Part shown: piece after piece, positions 18,883-27,823 of the stretch | Numbering within the stretch: position 1 is the first letter of the stretch | Layout of the letters: every line of letters starts with the position of its first letter | The notes under the pieces: generated by a model | Databases searched by the model: none | The model's input: the letters and a program-made list of their open reading frames with translations, nothing else | What the model was told of the DNA's origin: nothing | Made by a program: the position numbers and the translations under genes | Source: Actinomycetota bacterium | GTDB taxonomy: Bacteria > Armatimonadota > SYMT01 | NCBI GenBank assembly: GCA_005798285.1 | Contig: SYKE01000199.1 | Location: 1-54,465 of the forward strand | Direction: 5' to 3' | Length of the DNA stretch: 54,465 nt

Positions 18883-20241
18883 TCACTGCACTTTGTGCTT
18901 GGGAATGTTGGGATCCTCTCGGACTCGCGAGGCTTCGGCCTCCAATTTCTCAACGAACTTCTCCGGCGTGACGCTGCCCTGCAGCAACTCCGCCATCGCC
19001 TTGCCGGAGGCGTCCTCAAACGGCTTGTACCACTGGGCATAGCGGGTGGACCAGGTGGCCTTCGCCTCGCGGAGGGCCCGCGCCGGCGCCTGTAAGGTGT
19101 CCGGCAGGTCGCCCTCGTTGCCGCTGCGGATGGCGGTGAGGGTGCCCTTCTCGCGGACGAACTGCCGGGCTTTGGCTTCGCTGGTGATGTATTTGAAGAA
19201 GTCGATGGCCAGCGCCGGGTTCTTGCCGAGCGACGGAACCAGCCAGGGCTCCACTCCAACCTGAACGATGCTGGGATCTCCCTTGCCGCCATCCACCCGG
19301 GGCGGCAGGAAGAACTCCATTTTGAACCCCGCGGGAAGCTGCTTCTTCATCTCGCTTTCCAGCCAGGTGCCGCACGGAATCATCGCGGCCTTGCCCTGGA
19401 GGAACTCCATCTGCGCTTCGGTGTGGCTCATGCCGTTGGCGCCGTTCTGGAACCAGCCGGCCTTGCGGATCTCATCGATCATCCGGGCGGACTCCAGAAA
19501 CGGCGCCGCCTTCCAGGCGCCGGGCTCCAGCGCCTCTGCCTTCCGATAGGCCTCGATCCCGCCGATGCTGATGGCCCAGGGGAGCAAGAAGCCCTGGAAG
19601 GCGTAGTAGGGGTACTTTCCCTGGTGGGTAAGCGGCGCAATTCCCGCGGACTTGATCTGCGCCGCCAGCGCCTTGAACTCATTCCAACTCTGAGGCGGTT
19701 TCCAACCCTTTTCCCGAAACAGGTTGACGTTGCACCACCAGCCGTTGAGCGTGAGGTAGTGGGGCAGCAGGTAGGTTTGCCCTTCGTACTCCCCCATCTT
19801 CATCACTTCGGGTAGAAAGGTCTCTCGCCACGTGCATCGGGTCTTACCGTAGGGCGTGGTGAGGAGCGCGTCATCCAGCGGGAGCGCCTGGCGCTCGTAG
19901 ATGAGGGCGTAGTGGTCCATGCCCCACCCGGGAAAGGCGAGACCGGGCGGCTCGCCGGAGACGAAGCGCGGCCGAAGCTGATCCCAGATGCGGGGATCGC
20001 CTTTGATGTCGATCTTCACGCCGGGATGGGCCTGTTCATATTCCCGTGCGGCGGATTCATAGAAGTCGATGCCGTAACCGCCGAGGAACAGCCGTACCTC
20101 CAGGTCGCCGCTGCGAGGCTGACCGCGCGGGTCCGACTCCTCGGCGATCGGGTGTACGCAGCCGGAGGCCGACAGGCAGGCAAAGCCGCCAAGGGCTTTC
20201 AGCACCCGCCGTCTCTGGGCGGAAAAATCGTGGAGTGGCAT
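18883..20241 (-). CDS. Extracellular solute-binding protein (ABC-type, family 1-like), probable lipoprotein
   Basis: ATG at 20241 gives MPLHDFSAQRRRVLKALGGFACLSASGC, a signal peptide with a lipobox-like Cys. The body (LFLGGYGIDFYESAAREYEQAHPGVKIDIKGDPRIWDQLRP...WWCNVNLFREKGW.PP.SW.EF) resembles sugar SBPs. No permease or ATPase genes lie nearby. Confidence 0.65.
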   Translation of the reverse strand: MPLHDFSAQRRRVLKALGGFACLSASGCVHPIAEESDPRGQPRSGDLEVRLFLGGYGIDFYESAAREYEQAHPGVKIDIKGDPRIWDQLRPRFVSGEPPGLAFPGWGMDHYALIYERQALPLDDALLTTPYGKTRCTWRETFLPEVMKMGEYEGQTYLLPHYLTLNGWWCNVNLFREKGWKPPQSWNEFKALAAQIKSAGIAPLTHQGKYPYYAFQGFLLPWAISIGGIEAYRKAEALEPGAWKAAPFLESARMIDEIRKAGWFQNGANGMSHTEAQMEFLQGKAAMIPCGTWLESEMKKQLPAGFKMEFFLPPRVDGGKGDPSIVQVGVEPWLVPSLGKNPALAIDFFKYITSEAKARQFVREKGTLTAIRSGNEGDLPDTLQAPARALREAKATWSTRYAQWYKPFEDASGKAMAELLQGSVTPEKFVEKLEAEASRVREDPNIPKHKVQ

Positions 20242-20493
20242 CAGGCGCTTTCTCAAGAGGCTTCCCTCTCGGTTTCTCCCTGGGTCGCCGCCGGCCCTCC
20301 CCTCGACTCTCCCGACCGCCGGTGTGGCGCTACCGGCCGCGGCGAGAACGCTTCCGGGCCGGCGCCCGCGGAGGTGTCGAGCGGGAAGAGCGAACGGTGC
20401 GAGTCGCTCGGTTTGACCCAACACGTCTTAGTATTGCAACGACGGTCGTGCCGACAGGAGTCTTGAGGCCGGTGCGGCCTCAGGGACCGGCGA

Positions 20494-20886
20494 GTGAACG
20501 TAGAGGAGTTTGGGCGGCTGGAAGTTTCCTTTCAGCGGTTTCATGCGGAGTTTGCTCCGGTCTTTGGGCGCAAGCCCTCTCGTCACCGGAGCCAGGACTA
20601 CCTGCGCGCCCTGCCGGCGCCGGCCTATGAACGCGGGACCGCAGGAACTCGGGAACCTCTCCGAAATGACGAACGCCTCGGAGCGGAAGCTGAGGCGCTT
20701 CCTCACTGAGTCACGCTGAGACGAGCAGACGGTGCACGCGGAGCTGCAGGAGTACCTGGCGCTGCGGTTGGTTCATCCGGAAGCGGTCTGGGCCGTGGAT
20801 GGGAGCGGGTTTCCCAAGCGGGGATGAAGTCGGTCGAGGTGGAGCGCCAGTCTTCCAGCCACCTTGGCCGAACCGTCGTTGTGATA
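20494..20886 (+). pseudogene. Decayed IS701-family (DDE) transposase, N-terminal remnant
   Basis: Three reading frames carry consecutive transposase-like pieces. Piece 1: VNVEEFGRLEVSFQRFHAEFAPVFGRKPSRHRSQDYLRAL. Piece 2, after a frameshift: ELGNLSEMTNASERKLRRFLTESR[TGA]DEQTVHAELQEYLALRLVHPEAVWAVDGSGFPKRG. Piece 3, after a second frameshift: MKSVEVERQSSSHLGRT. The in-frame TGA at 20717-20719 sits where these transposases have Trp (..S.WD..). The remainder of the DDE domain is absent. Confidence 0.6.
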
Positions 20887-21879
20887 CTAGCCGGCGCGTC
20901 GGTTCCGCCCTTCGATCTCCATGCGTCGCCGCATGAGATCGATGCGTTGGCGCACCGAGGGCCGGCGGGGCGCGTCCCGGTCGTCCGGGCCACCGAGGGC
21001 GAGGTACCGCTCGTACGCGGCAATCCCCTCCCGCCACCGCGAACGGGCGGCGCTCGCCAGTCCAAGCTGGTACCAGGCGTCCGCCGACCCCGGACTCTGC
21101 CGGGTCGCCTCGGCCGCCAGCGACCCGGCGCGCCCCCAGTCCTGGGCCACGAAGGCGTCCTGTGCCTGACGGGAGAGCACTTCCGCCTGCTGCCCGGGCG
21201 TGCGGGCCTCCTCCACCTCGAATGGTAGCGGCACGGAGCGGAGGAGTCCCCGCCATCGCTCTGGGCCTGGCGTCGCTCTCGTGTCCAGCACCGCCACGGC
21301 TTCGTAGGTCCCGGCCTTCACGGCGCCGGAGTCGCGGGTGGGTAGCTGGAACAAAATGGAGGCTCTCCCCGTCTGTTCGGACTCGACGCCGCAGCGAGCC
21401 ACCTCGAACCGCGAAACACCGTCGCGCCAACCCCAGTTCTTCAGGATGCGACTGCGGGCGCCGTTACGCACGGCGAACAGCTCCACCTCCGCCAGATGGG
21501 TCCAGCCTCTGTAGGCAGCCGGGAGCCGATCGGAGACCCGGCCGGAGTTGGCCGGGTTGGCCGAAGGCCGGTCGGTCGGGAGCGATCGCACGGGGTAGCG
21601 GAGGGAGAGCCGGAACGCAACAGGCGCTCCCTGGAGCAATGTGGGCGGCTGCCCGTCCGCCTCCGGAAGCTCCAGAGCCAACACCGGCGGGGCTGCCGGA
21701 GGCCGGGAGAAAGCGGGCGCCTCGCCCCGGCACAGGGCCAGCGCGGCCAGAGCGAGCCCGAGTCCCCCCAGAAGTCCGGAGAAAACGACCCGCCGGGGCA
21801 CGCGGCGCCGTTCGTCCGGAGCGGCCCTGCCGCGGCTCGATGTTGGAACAGGACGCAACTTTGATGCTCCGCGACACAC
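20887..21879 (-). CDS. Exported hypothetical protein with C-terminal TPR-like helices (paralog B)
   Basis: Hydrophobic signal-like segment VVFSGLLGGLGLALAALALC. It shares blocks with the upstream paralog (see finding). The start is uncertain; the track start at 21879 is a GTG 7 nt after the upstream stop. Confidence 0.55.
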   Translation of the reverse strand: MCRGASKLRPVPTSSRGRAAPDERRRVPRRVVFSGLLGGLGLALAALALCRGEAPAFSRPPAAPPVLALELPEADGQPPTLLQGAPVAFRLSLRYPVRSLPTDRPSANPANSGRVSDRLPAAYRGWTHLAEVELFAVRNGARSRILKNWGWRDGVSRFEVARCGVESEQTGRASILFQLPTRDSGAVKAGTYEAVAVLDTRATPGPERWRGLLRSVPLPFEVEEARTPGQQAEVLSRQAQDAFVAQDWGRAGSLAAEATRQSPGSADAWYQLGLASAARSRWREGIAAYERYLALGGPDDRDAPRRPSVRQRIDLMRRRMEIEGRNRRAG

Positions 21880-21885
21880 GGCCGC

Positions 21886-22773
21886 CTACTTCTTCTCACG
21901 CAACTTTCGCTCGGCAAAGCCTATCAGCGAATCCATGAAGGCGCGCTCTTCGTAGGCGCCCGGTCTCAGTTTGTCTGTCAGCGACAAGCCCTTCCGGCCG
22001 GCCGCCACCGCCGTACTCCAGTCCCGGTTGTTGCTTGCCGCCGCCGCCAACGTGTACCAGGCATCCACGTTCGCCGGGTCCAATTGGGTCGCCTTCGCCG
22101 CCAACTGCTGTTGGGCTGCCGAGTCCCGCTCGATATCCCTGGCGAACCGCGCGCGCTGCACGTAGACCCGGCTCTGTTCCGCGGGAGTTGCGGCCAGGGG
22201 TCGGAGCGTGAACTCGGTGGTTGCAGCCACCTGGCCGTGCCAGCCGTCGCCGGCCGCCTTCCGCGTGTCCAGCACGGCGTTAACCCGGTACTTGCCCGGC
22301 GAGAGCTGCTCCGTCATGGAGGGGGACAGTGAAAACGGAATCCGGAGCGGCCGCGACCCGACCACCGACGCCGTATCCGTGCCCTTCTGCACGGCGCCGG
22401 CCCAGGCCCGCCAGTTGAGCGGGCCGCCCACCGGCTTCCACCATGCAAGACTCTGGCGCTCGAGACGCACCGTCATCAGATCCGGCCAGGCCTGTCCCGG
22501 TCCGCACAAACGCAGGTTGGGGACGGGACCTTCGGCCTGGCGTGCGTTGTGTGCCCGCCGCGCGGCACGCTCCGCATCCGGGTAGCGCAGCGTGAGCGCT
22601 AGCGGCACGGGCTCTCCCCGCCAGTAGTTGGATGGGTCTTGGCCGAAGGGGCCTTTCTGCTCAAGGATGAGCTGCACGGGAGCGGAACGGTTCGAGAAAA
22701 CGTCGGCCATGCCGAGAGGCGTGCCGCCCAACAGCACGCTGCCCAAGATCAGCCTCAAAACTGCAGCATTCAT
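21886..22773 (-). CDS. Exported hypothetical protein with C-terminal TPR-like helices (paralog A)
   Basis: ATG at 22773 lies 7 nt after GAGAGG on the minus strand. It gives MNAAVLRLILGSVLLGGTPLGMADVF, a signal peptide. The C-terminal helices (LDPANVDAWYTLAAAASNNRDWSTAVAAGRKGL) look TPR-like. Confidence 0.6.
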   Translation of the reverse strand: MNAAVLRLILGSVLLGGTPLGMADVFSNRSAPVQLILEQKGPFGQDPSNYWRGEPVPLALTLRYPDAERAARRAHNARQAEGPVPNLRLCGPGQAWPDLMTVRLERQSLAWWKPVGGPLNWRAWAGAVQKGTDTASVVGSRPLRIPFSLSPSMTEQLSPGKYRVNAVLDTRKAAGDGWHGQVAATTEFTLRPLAATPAEQSRVYVQRARFARDIERDSAAQQQLAAKATQLDPANVDAWYTLAAAASNNRDWSTAVAAGRKGLSLTDKLRPGAYEERAFMDSLIGFAERKLREKK

Positions 22774-23442
22774 CACAAATCCTCTCTTCCGGTTGTGCAC
22801 CGTGATCGAGAGAGCGCCGGCGGCAGCCGTGAAGTTGTCCTGTGCGTAGATATCGCTGAGGAACTCTGAACGGCCCGCCTTCCGGCAGTTCCTGCGGCCG
22901 GCAAGGTCGACTGCGACGGTTGAGACGCTGACTTCACACTATCGCAAGAAGTCCACATGCCGCAAATGTTTTTCTGCCCGTTTGAAGCGTTTTTGTAGCG
23001 GTACGGAGTACCAAATACGGATCCCCGGGGGTTGGGCCGCGACTCCTGCGCCGGGGCGTTGGGGGATGTGGACGATCTCTTCGGCTGAAGTAGAATCCTC
23101 AGCGTGCTTTCCGAGACGCGCCGTTCCACCCGACTCGCACGACTCAGCGCCGGCGCCGCGGGCCGGAATCGCCCGGACCCATCGGTCCCCATTCTCCAGA
23201 TGAGCCCGCGCCTCTGACGACGGCGCTGCCGGAGCGGGCCCGGCGAGAGAGCGCCGGCGGCGCTGTCGCCCGGGGGGCAGGAGTCCTGAAGATGCTCCTG
23301 ATCCCGGGCCCCGAGAGTCAGCGGATCGTCTGAGAATTGCTGCCGCGCAGGCGCAGTACTCCCAAGAGTTGCTCGGCCGGCGCCATCGCAGCAGGGCACA
23401 GAACGAGCGGCACAGGCAGTCTCTCGCACACCGTCGCGAGAG

Positions 23443-24867
23443 TCAGCGGCAAGCACGTTGTCCACGGTTCGTCGGTACTCGCTGAGACCGTCGTTGCAAT
23501 GTTAGAAGCAGGATGCCGGGTTTGCCCCCAGGGAGGCCGGAGATCAGAACCTGTCCGCCTGTGGAGGTGGCCGGCGGCAGGGCTCTGTATTCGTGGGTTT
23601 GGGGGGAGAGGAACGACGCGGCGTAGCGTCCCCGAGGTGCCGGGAGCGCGAGGTCGGACTTGCCGGCCGTCCAGGCGATCAGATTCGAACCGAACCGGCG
23701 ATGGGCCGGCTCGGAGGGAGAGAGACCTCCGCCGGCCTGGGCTTCCCGGGCGTGGAACCCGGCTCGGACGGCGAGCTCTCGAAACGCGCGGATCAACTTG
23801 TCGGCATGCTCGGGCAGCGCCTCGAGCGAGAGAACCGGGGCGCCCAATCCTCCGACGGCCATCCATTGCCAGAGCGACTCGAGGGGACTGCCCGCGGTCG
23901 CCTCGGCCATCGCCGGGCGCGCTCGCGTGCCGGTCGGGAAACCGGTCCCATAGCAAAAGTCGCCCACGTCGGACGCGCCCGCGACAGCGGCGGGGGCGCC
24001 GATCGCGTGACCGTAGGCATCGCCGGATCGAAGTGCGGCGGTGGCGGCGCCCCAATCAACCGCGGCCGAGTCTCCAGCCGTCTGCACTTGCCACGCGGCC
24101 AGGGCGACGGCCCATCCCCAGCGGCGTCCAGCGTCTCTCATCCGCGTCGCCACGGCTTCGGTGGGACCGTCGACCCTGAGCCGAAGGATGATGGCGAGGG
24201 GGGATCGACCGGGCTGCTCCGCGGTGAGGAGCAGGCGATCCACGGCATCCCCCGCCGGGCTTCCGGCGTGCGCGGCGTCGTCCGGCAGGGGCACGACCAC
24301 CAGGTTGGCGCCCAGCGCGCGGCACCGTTCGCACTCCGCCGCCGGGTCCCACGAACCCGGCCCCGGCAGCGCCGTTGGGGCGGCGAGGACGATCCCCAGG
24401 GGGAAGAGGCTGCCCGACGGTCCGGCCGCACCCGGGGTGGCTGGCGCCTGATGAAAGGCGCGTCCACCGTCCGGCTTGAGCGAGAGAAAGCCCGGACGTC
24501 GGGCCCTCCGAACCTGAATGAGCGGCACCAGCCCGATTTCTCGAGCCTCTCCCCGGGCCAGCACGGCGGCGCCGGTCAGCCGTCCGGCGAGGGTGGGGGT
24601 GAAGCGTCCGCGCCATTCGCCCGGCCGATCGGTGGGGGCGGCATAAACCACGGTGCGGCGGTCCCGAGCATCCGCCATGGTGACTTCGACCGGACCCGGA
24701 TCCGCGTCCTGTCCTTGCTCGGAGTCGACAACGGTGAGGGAGACCGACTCGTACTGGTAAATGAGGGGAGAGCCGACTCGAACGGTGAGCTCCGCCTCCG
24801 CCGGCTGAGCCGTTCCCAGCAGCGCCGGGAGCAGCCACAGGATCGCGGCGGCGCCACGGCGCATCAT
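23443..24867 (-). CDS. Exported hypothetical protein (474 aa)
   Basis: ATGATG at 24862-24867 (minus strand) overlaps the nadB stop. It gives MMRRGAAAILWLLPALLGTAQPAEA, a signal peptide. I recognise no family. The ORF track start at 25443 lies inside nadB and is rejected. Confidence 0.5.
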   Translation of the reverse strand: MMRRGAAAILWLLPALLGTAQPAEAELTVRVGSPLIYQYESVSLTVVDSEQGQDADPGPVEVTMADARDRRTVVYAAPTDRPGEWRGRFTPTLAGRLTGAAVLARGEAREIGLVPLIQVRRARRPGFLSLKPDGGRAFHQAPATPGAAGPSGSLFPLGIVLAAPTALPGPGSWDPAAECERCRALGANLVVVPLPDDAAHAGSPAGDAVDRLLLTAEQPGRSPLAIILRLRVDGPTEAVATRMRDAGRRWGWAVALAAWQVQTAGDSAAVDWGAATAALRSGDAYGHAIGAPAAVAGASDVGDFCYGTGFPTGTRARPAMAEATAGSPLESLWQWMAVGGLGAPVLSLEALPEHADKLIRAFRELAVRAGFHAREAQAGGGLSPSEPAHRRFGSNLIAWTAGKSDLALPAPRGRYAASFLSPQTHEYRALPPATSTGGQVLISGLPGGKPGILLLTLQRRSQRVPTNRGQRACR

Positions 24868-26498
24868 CCCAGGCCCACCTGCGAGACGAGCGGCAAAACG
24901 GTGTCGCTCGCCGGCCGGCTGTCGTCGCGTTCGGGATAGTCGGTGTTGAAGTGGAGGCCGCGGCTCTCCTTGCGCCGGAGCGCGCATTCGATGATCAGCC
25001 GGGCTACCTGCGCGAGATTCCGGAGCTCGATGGTCTCCAGCGTCACATGGCTGTGTTCGTACAGGTTTTCCACGGCCGTGTGCAGGATCCGCACCTCGCG
25101 CAGCGCCTGCTTCAGGCGGTGATCCGAGCGGACGATGCCCACGTGGGACCACATCAGCGTTTGCATGAGCAGCCGAAGCTGATGGGCGAACTCCGGCGTG
25201 ACTTCCGCCGCGCGGCGGGCGGGATCGTTGGCCGCGAGGAAGCGCTCCGGGGCTTTTGGCTTCGGAGCGGGCCCCTCCGCTGCCAGGAGCGCTTGAGTGT
25301 CGTGGGCCGCATGGTCGGCGAACACCAGCGCCTCGAGAAGCGAGTTGCTGGCCAGTCGATTGGCGCCGTGAACTCCGGTGCAGGCCACCTCGCCCACCGC
25401 GTACAGCCGATGCAGCCCCGTTCGGGCCTCGAGATCGGTGCACACCCCGCCGCAGCTATAATGCGCCGCGGGGACAATGGGGATCGGCGAGCAGGTGATG
25501 TCGAGACCGGCTTCCAGACAGCGGTGGTAGATGTTCGGGAAGCGCTCGCGCACGAAGTCGGCTTCGAGGTGGGTGACGTCGAGATACACGAAGTCATCCC
25601 CCGATCGCTTCAGCTCACTGTCGATGGCGCGCGCCACGATGTCGCGCGGGGCGAGCGACGCCATCGGGTGGTAGGCATCCATGAACGGCGTGCCGTCCTG
25701 AAGCTTCAGGATACCGCCTTCGCCGCGCACCGCCTCGGAGATGAGGAACGAGCGAGCTTCCGGCATGTAGAGCGTGGTGGGGTGGAACTGGATGAACTCC
25801 ATGTTGGCGATGGAGGCTCCGGCTCGGTACGCCATCGCCACACCGTCGCCGGTGGCGATGGAGGGGTTGGTGGTGTGCAGGTAGGCGTGCCCGGCGCCGC
25901 CGGTGGCCAAAACCGTGGCATCCGCCGCGATGAACTCCACCGCGCCGGCGCGGGTGTCGAGCACGGTGGCGCCCAGCACCGTGCTGCGGAGGGTCCCATC
26001 CTCGGTGGGCAGCGACTCCACCACCAGATCCACTGCGGCGTGGTGCTCCTTCACGGTGATGTTCGGGTGGCGCTGAACTGCAGCGACCAGGGTCCGCTCG
26101 ACTTCCCGACCGGTGAGGTCTTTTGCGTGGACAATCCGGTGCCGGGAGTGCCCGCCCTCGCGGCCCAGGCTCAAAGCCGGGCCCGGTTCGCTCCCGGAGA
26201 GCGAAAACTCCGCGCCCCACTCGATCAGCTCGAAGACGCGGGATGGGCCCTCGCGCACCATCTGCTCCACCGCATCCCGGCGGCAGAGACCCGCTCCGGC
26301 GACCTCGGTGTCCTCGATGTGAAACTCGGGGGCGTCGTCCGCGGCGATGACGGCTGCGATGCCGCCCTGTGCGTAGTTGGTGTTGGACTCCCGATCCTCT
26401 TTTTTGGTGACCAGGAGGACCGAGGCGAACTCGGCGGCTTTCAGAGCGTAGGTGAGACCGGCCACCCCGCTTCCGATCACCAGGATCGTCTGCTGCAT
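24864..26498 (-). CDS. nadB: L-aspartate oxidase
   Basis: MQQTILVIGSGVAGLTYALK...TNYAQGGIAAV is the FAD dinucleotide fold plus the NadB signature. FIQFHPT, RGEGG.L and HY.CGG are conserved in the succinate dehydrogenase / NadB flavoprotein family. The 544-aa length fits NadB. Confidence 0.93.
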   Translation of the reverse strand: MQQTILVIGSGVAGLTYALKAAEFASVLLVTKKEDRESNTNYAQGGIAAVIAADDAPEFHIEDTEVAGAGLCRRDAVEQMVREGPSRVFELIEWGAEFSLSGSEPGPALSLGREGGHSRHRIVHAKDLTGREVERTLVAAVQRHPNITVKEHHAAVDLVVESLPTEDGTLRSTVLGATVLDTRAGAVEFIAADATVLATGGAGHAYLHTTNPSIATGDGVAMAYRAGASIANMEFIQFHPTTLYMPEARSFLISEAVRGEGGILKLQDGTPFMDAYHPMASLAPRDIVARAIDSELKRSGDDFVYLDVTHLEADFVRERFPNIYHRCLEAGLDITCSPIPIVPAAHYSCGGVCTDLEARTGLHRLYAVGEVACTGVHGANRLASNSLLEALVFADHAAHDTQALLAAEGPAPKPKAPERFLAANDPARRAAEVTPEFAHQLRLLMQTLMWSHVGIVRSDHRLKQALREVRILHTAVENLYEHSHVTLETIELRNLAQVARLIIECALRRKESRGLHFNTDYPERDDSRPASDTVLPLVSQVGLG

Positions 26499-26765
26499 CA
26501 GTGCCTGTTCGGGACCGGCACGGAGCCATCGGTCCCAGGGGATCCAAAAACTGCGTCCCGCTCGGGGACTTGGCTTATTATAGGCGACCGGAACCGGTTC
26601 CTTCGTTCATTCGATATCAAGCTCACCTCGCATCCGAAGATGGGGTGGTGAGCTGTGTCGCTGCGGGGTGGGGCCGGCGCCAGCGGGGCGCCGCGGTGGA
26701 GGAGTCGCGTCCGGCGCGGCGGAAGTGAACTCGTTGTCGTTGTCGTGCCTCCGAGAGTCTGTTTT

Positions 26766-27815
26766 ATGAGTCGAGTATCCGATGCAACCGCTGCCCTCAT
26801 CGAGGAGCGCGTTGTCTGGCTGGATTCCGAGATGGAAGCCGCCATCGCTTCCGCCTCGCCCGATCTGGAACTGTATCGCTGGGCCCGCTACCACCTCGGC
26901 TGGCACTCGCAGAAACTGGAGCCGCTGAGCGCCGCCGATCGGCGGAAGCATGGCGGCAAGCGTCTGCGCGGCGTGCTCACACTGCTCGCGGCCGAGGGCG
27001 TGGGCGGGGATGGTCCCGCTGCCGCTGCCGGCGGGGCAGCCGTGGAGTTCATTCACAACTTCTCGTTGGTCCACGACGACGTGGAGGACAACGACGAGGA
27101 ACGGCGCCACCGTCCCACCGTCTGGAAGCTGTGGGGCATCCCCCACGCCATCAACGTCGGCTCGAACATGCAGGCGCTGGTCGACATCGCGCTGCTGCGC
27201 CTGGCGGACCGCTACCCGGCCGAACGCGTGGTCTCCGCCTTTCGCACCCTGACCCATGCCACGCTTCGGATGACCGAGGGCCAGTTTCTCGACATGTCGG
27301 CGGAGAATAGCACCGAGGTGACCGTGGAGCGCTATTTCCGGATGACCGGCGGCAAGACGGCGGCTCTCATAGAGGGCGCCCTGCGGCTCGGCGGCCAGTT
27401 GGGCGGGGCGGCGCTCGATCGTGCCGAGCGGCTCGCGGAGTTCGGCCGTCACTTCGGCCTGGCGTTTCAGTGCTGCGACGATTATCTTGGGATGTGGGGG
27501 CGAACCGAGGTGACGGGCAAACCGGTGGCGGCCGACCTGATTCAGGGCAAGCGCAGCCTCCCGATGGTGCATGCGCTGGTGAGCGCCCCGGCCGACACCG
27601 GGGCCGGCGCCCGCCTGCGAACCGCGCTCGCGGAGCGGGATGTGCCGGCAGCGGATGGCTTGATGCGGGAACTCGGCACGCCGACCTGGGTGCTGGAGCG
27701 GGCCGAAGAACACACGCGACTCGCGCTGGAGTCGCTCACCGCCGCCGAGCTTGCGGAGCCGTTCGGCGGCGCCATTCGAGATATCGCCCAATACGCGCTT
27801 CAGCGGGACAGCTAG
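26766..27815 (+). CDS. Polyprenyl diphosphate synthase (trans-isoprenyl, GGPP/longer-chain type)
   Basis: ATG at 26766. First Asp-rich motif FIHNFSLVHDDVEDNDEERRHRPTVW, second Asp-rich motif AFQCCDDYLGMWG, plus GKRSLP. Confidence 0.85.
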   Translation: MSRVSDATAALIEERVVWLDSEMEAAIASASPDLELYRWARYHLGWHSQKLEPLSAADRRKHGGKRLRGVLTLLAAEGVGGDGPAAAAGGAAVEFIHNFSLVHDDVEDNDEERRHRPTVWKLWGIPHAINVGSNMQALVDIALLRLADRYPAERVVSAFRTLTHATLRMTEGQFLDMSAENSTEVTVERYFRMTGGKTAALIEGALRLGGQLGGAALDRAERLAEFGRHFGLAFQCCDDYLGMWGRTEVTGKPVAADLIQGKRSLPMVHALVSAPADTGAGARLRTALAERDVPAADGLMRELGTPTWVLERAEEHTRLALESLTAAELAEPFGGAIRDIAQYALQRDS

Positions 27816-27823
27816 CCAACACC

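Noticed and set aside
24951-26651. A 566-aa plus-strand ORF opposite nadB. Similar long antisense ORFs occur at 33966-35627, 36212-38662 and 40794-42623.
   Set aside because: Each lies antisense to a confidently identified gene (nadB, the MDR dehydrogenase, the 1070-aa exoprotein, the alpha/beta hydrolase). Each has low-complexity R/G/A-rich sequence.
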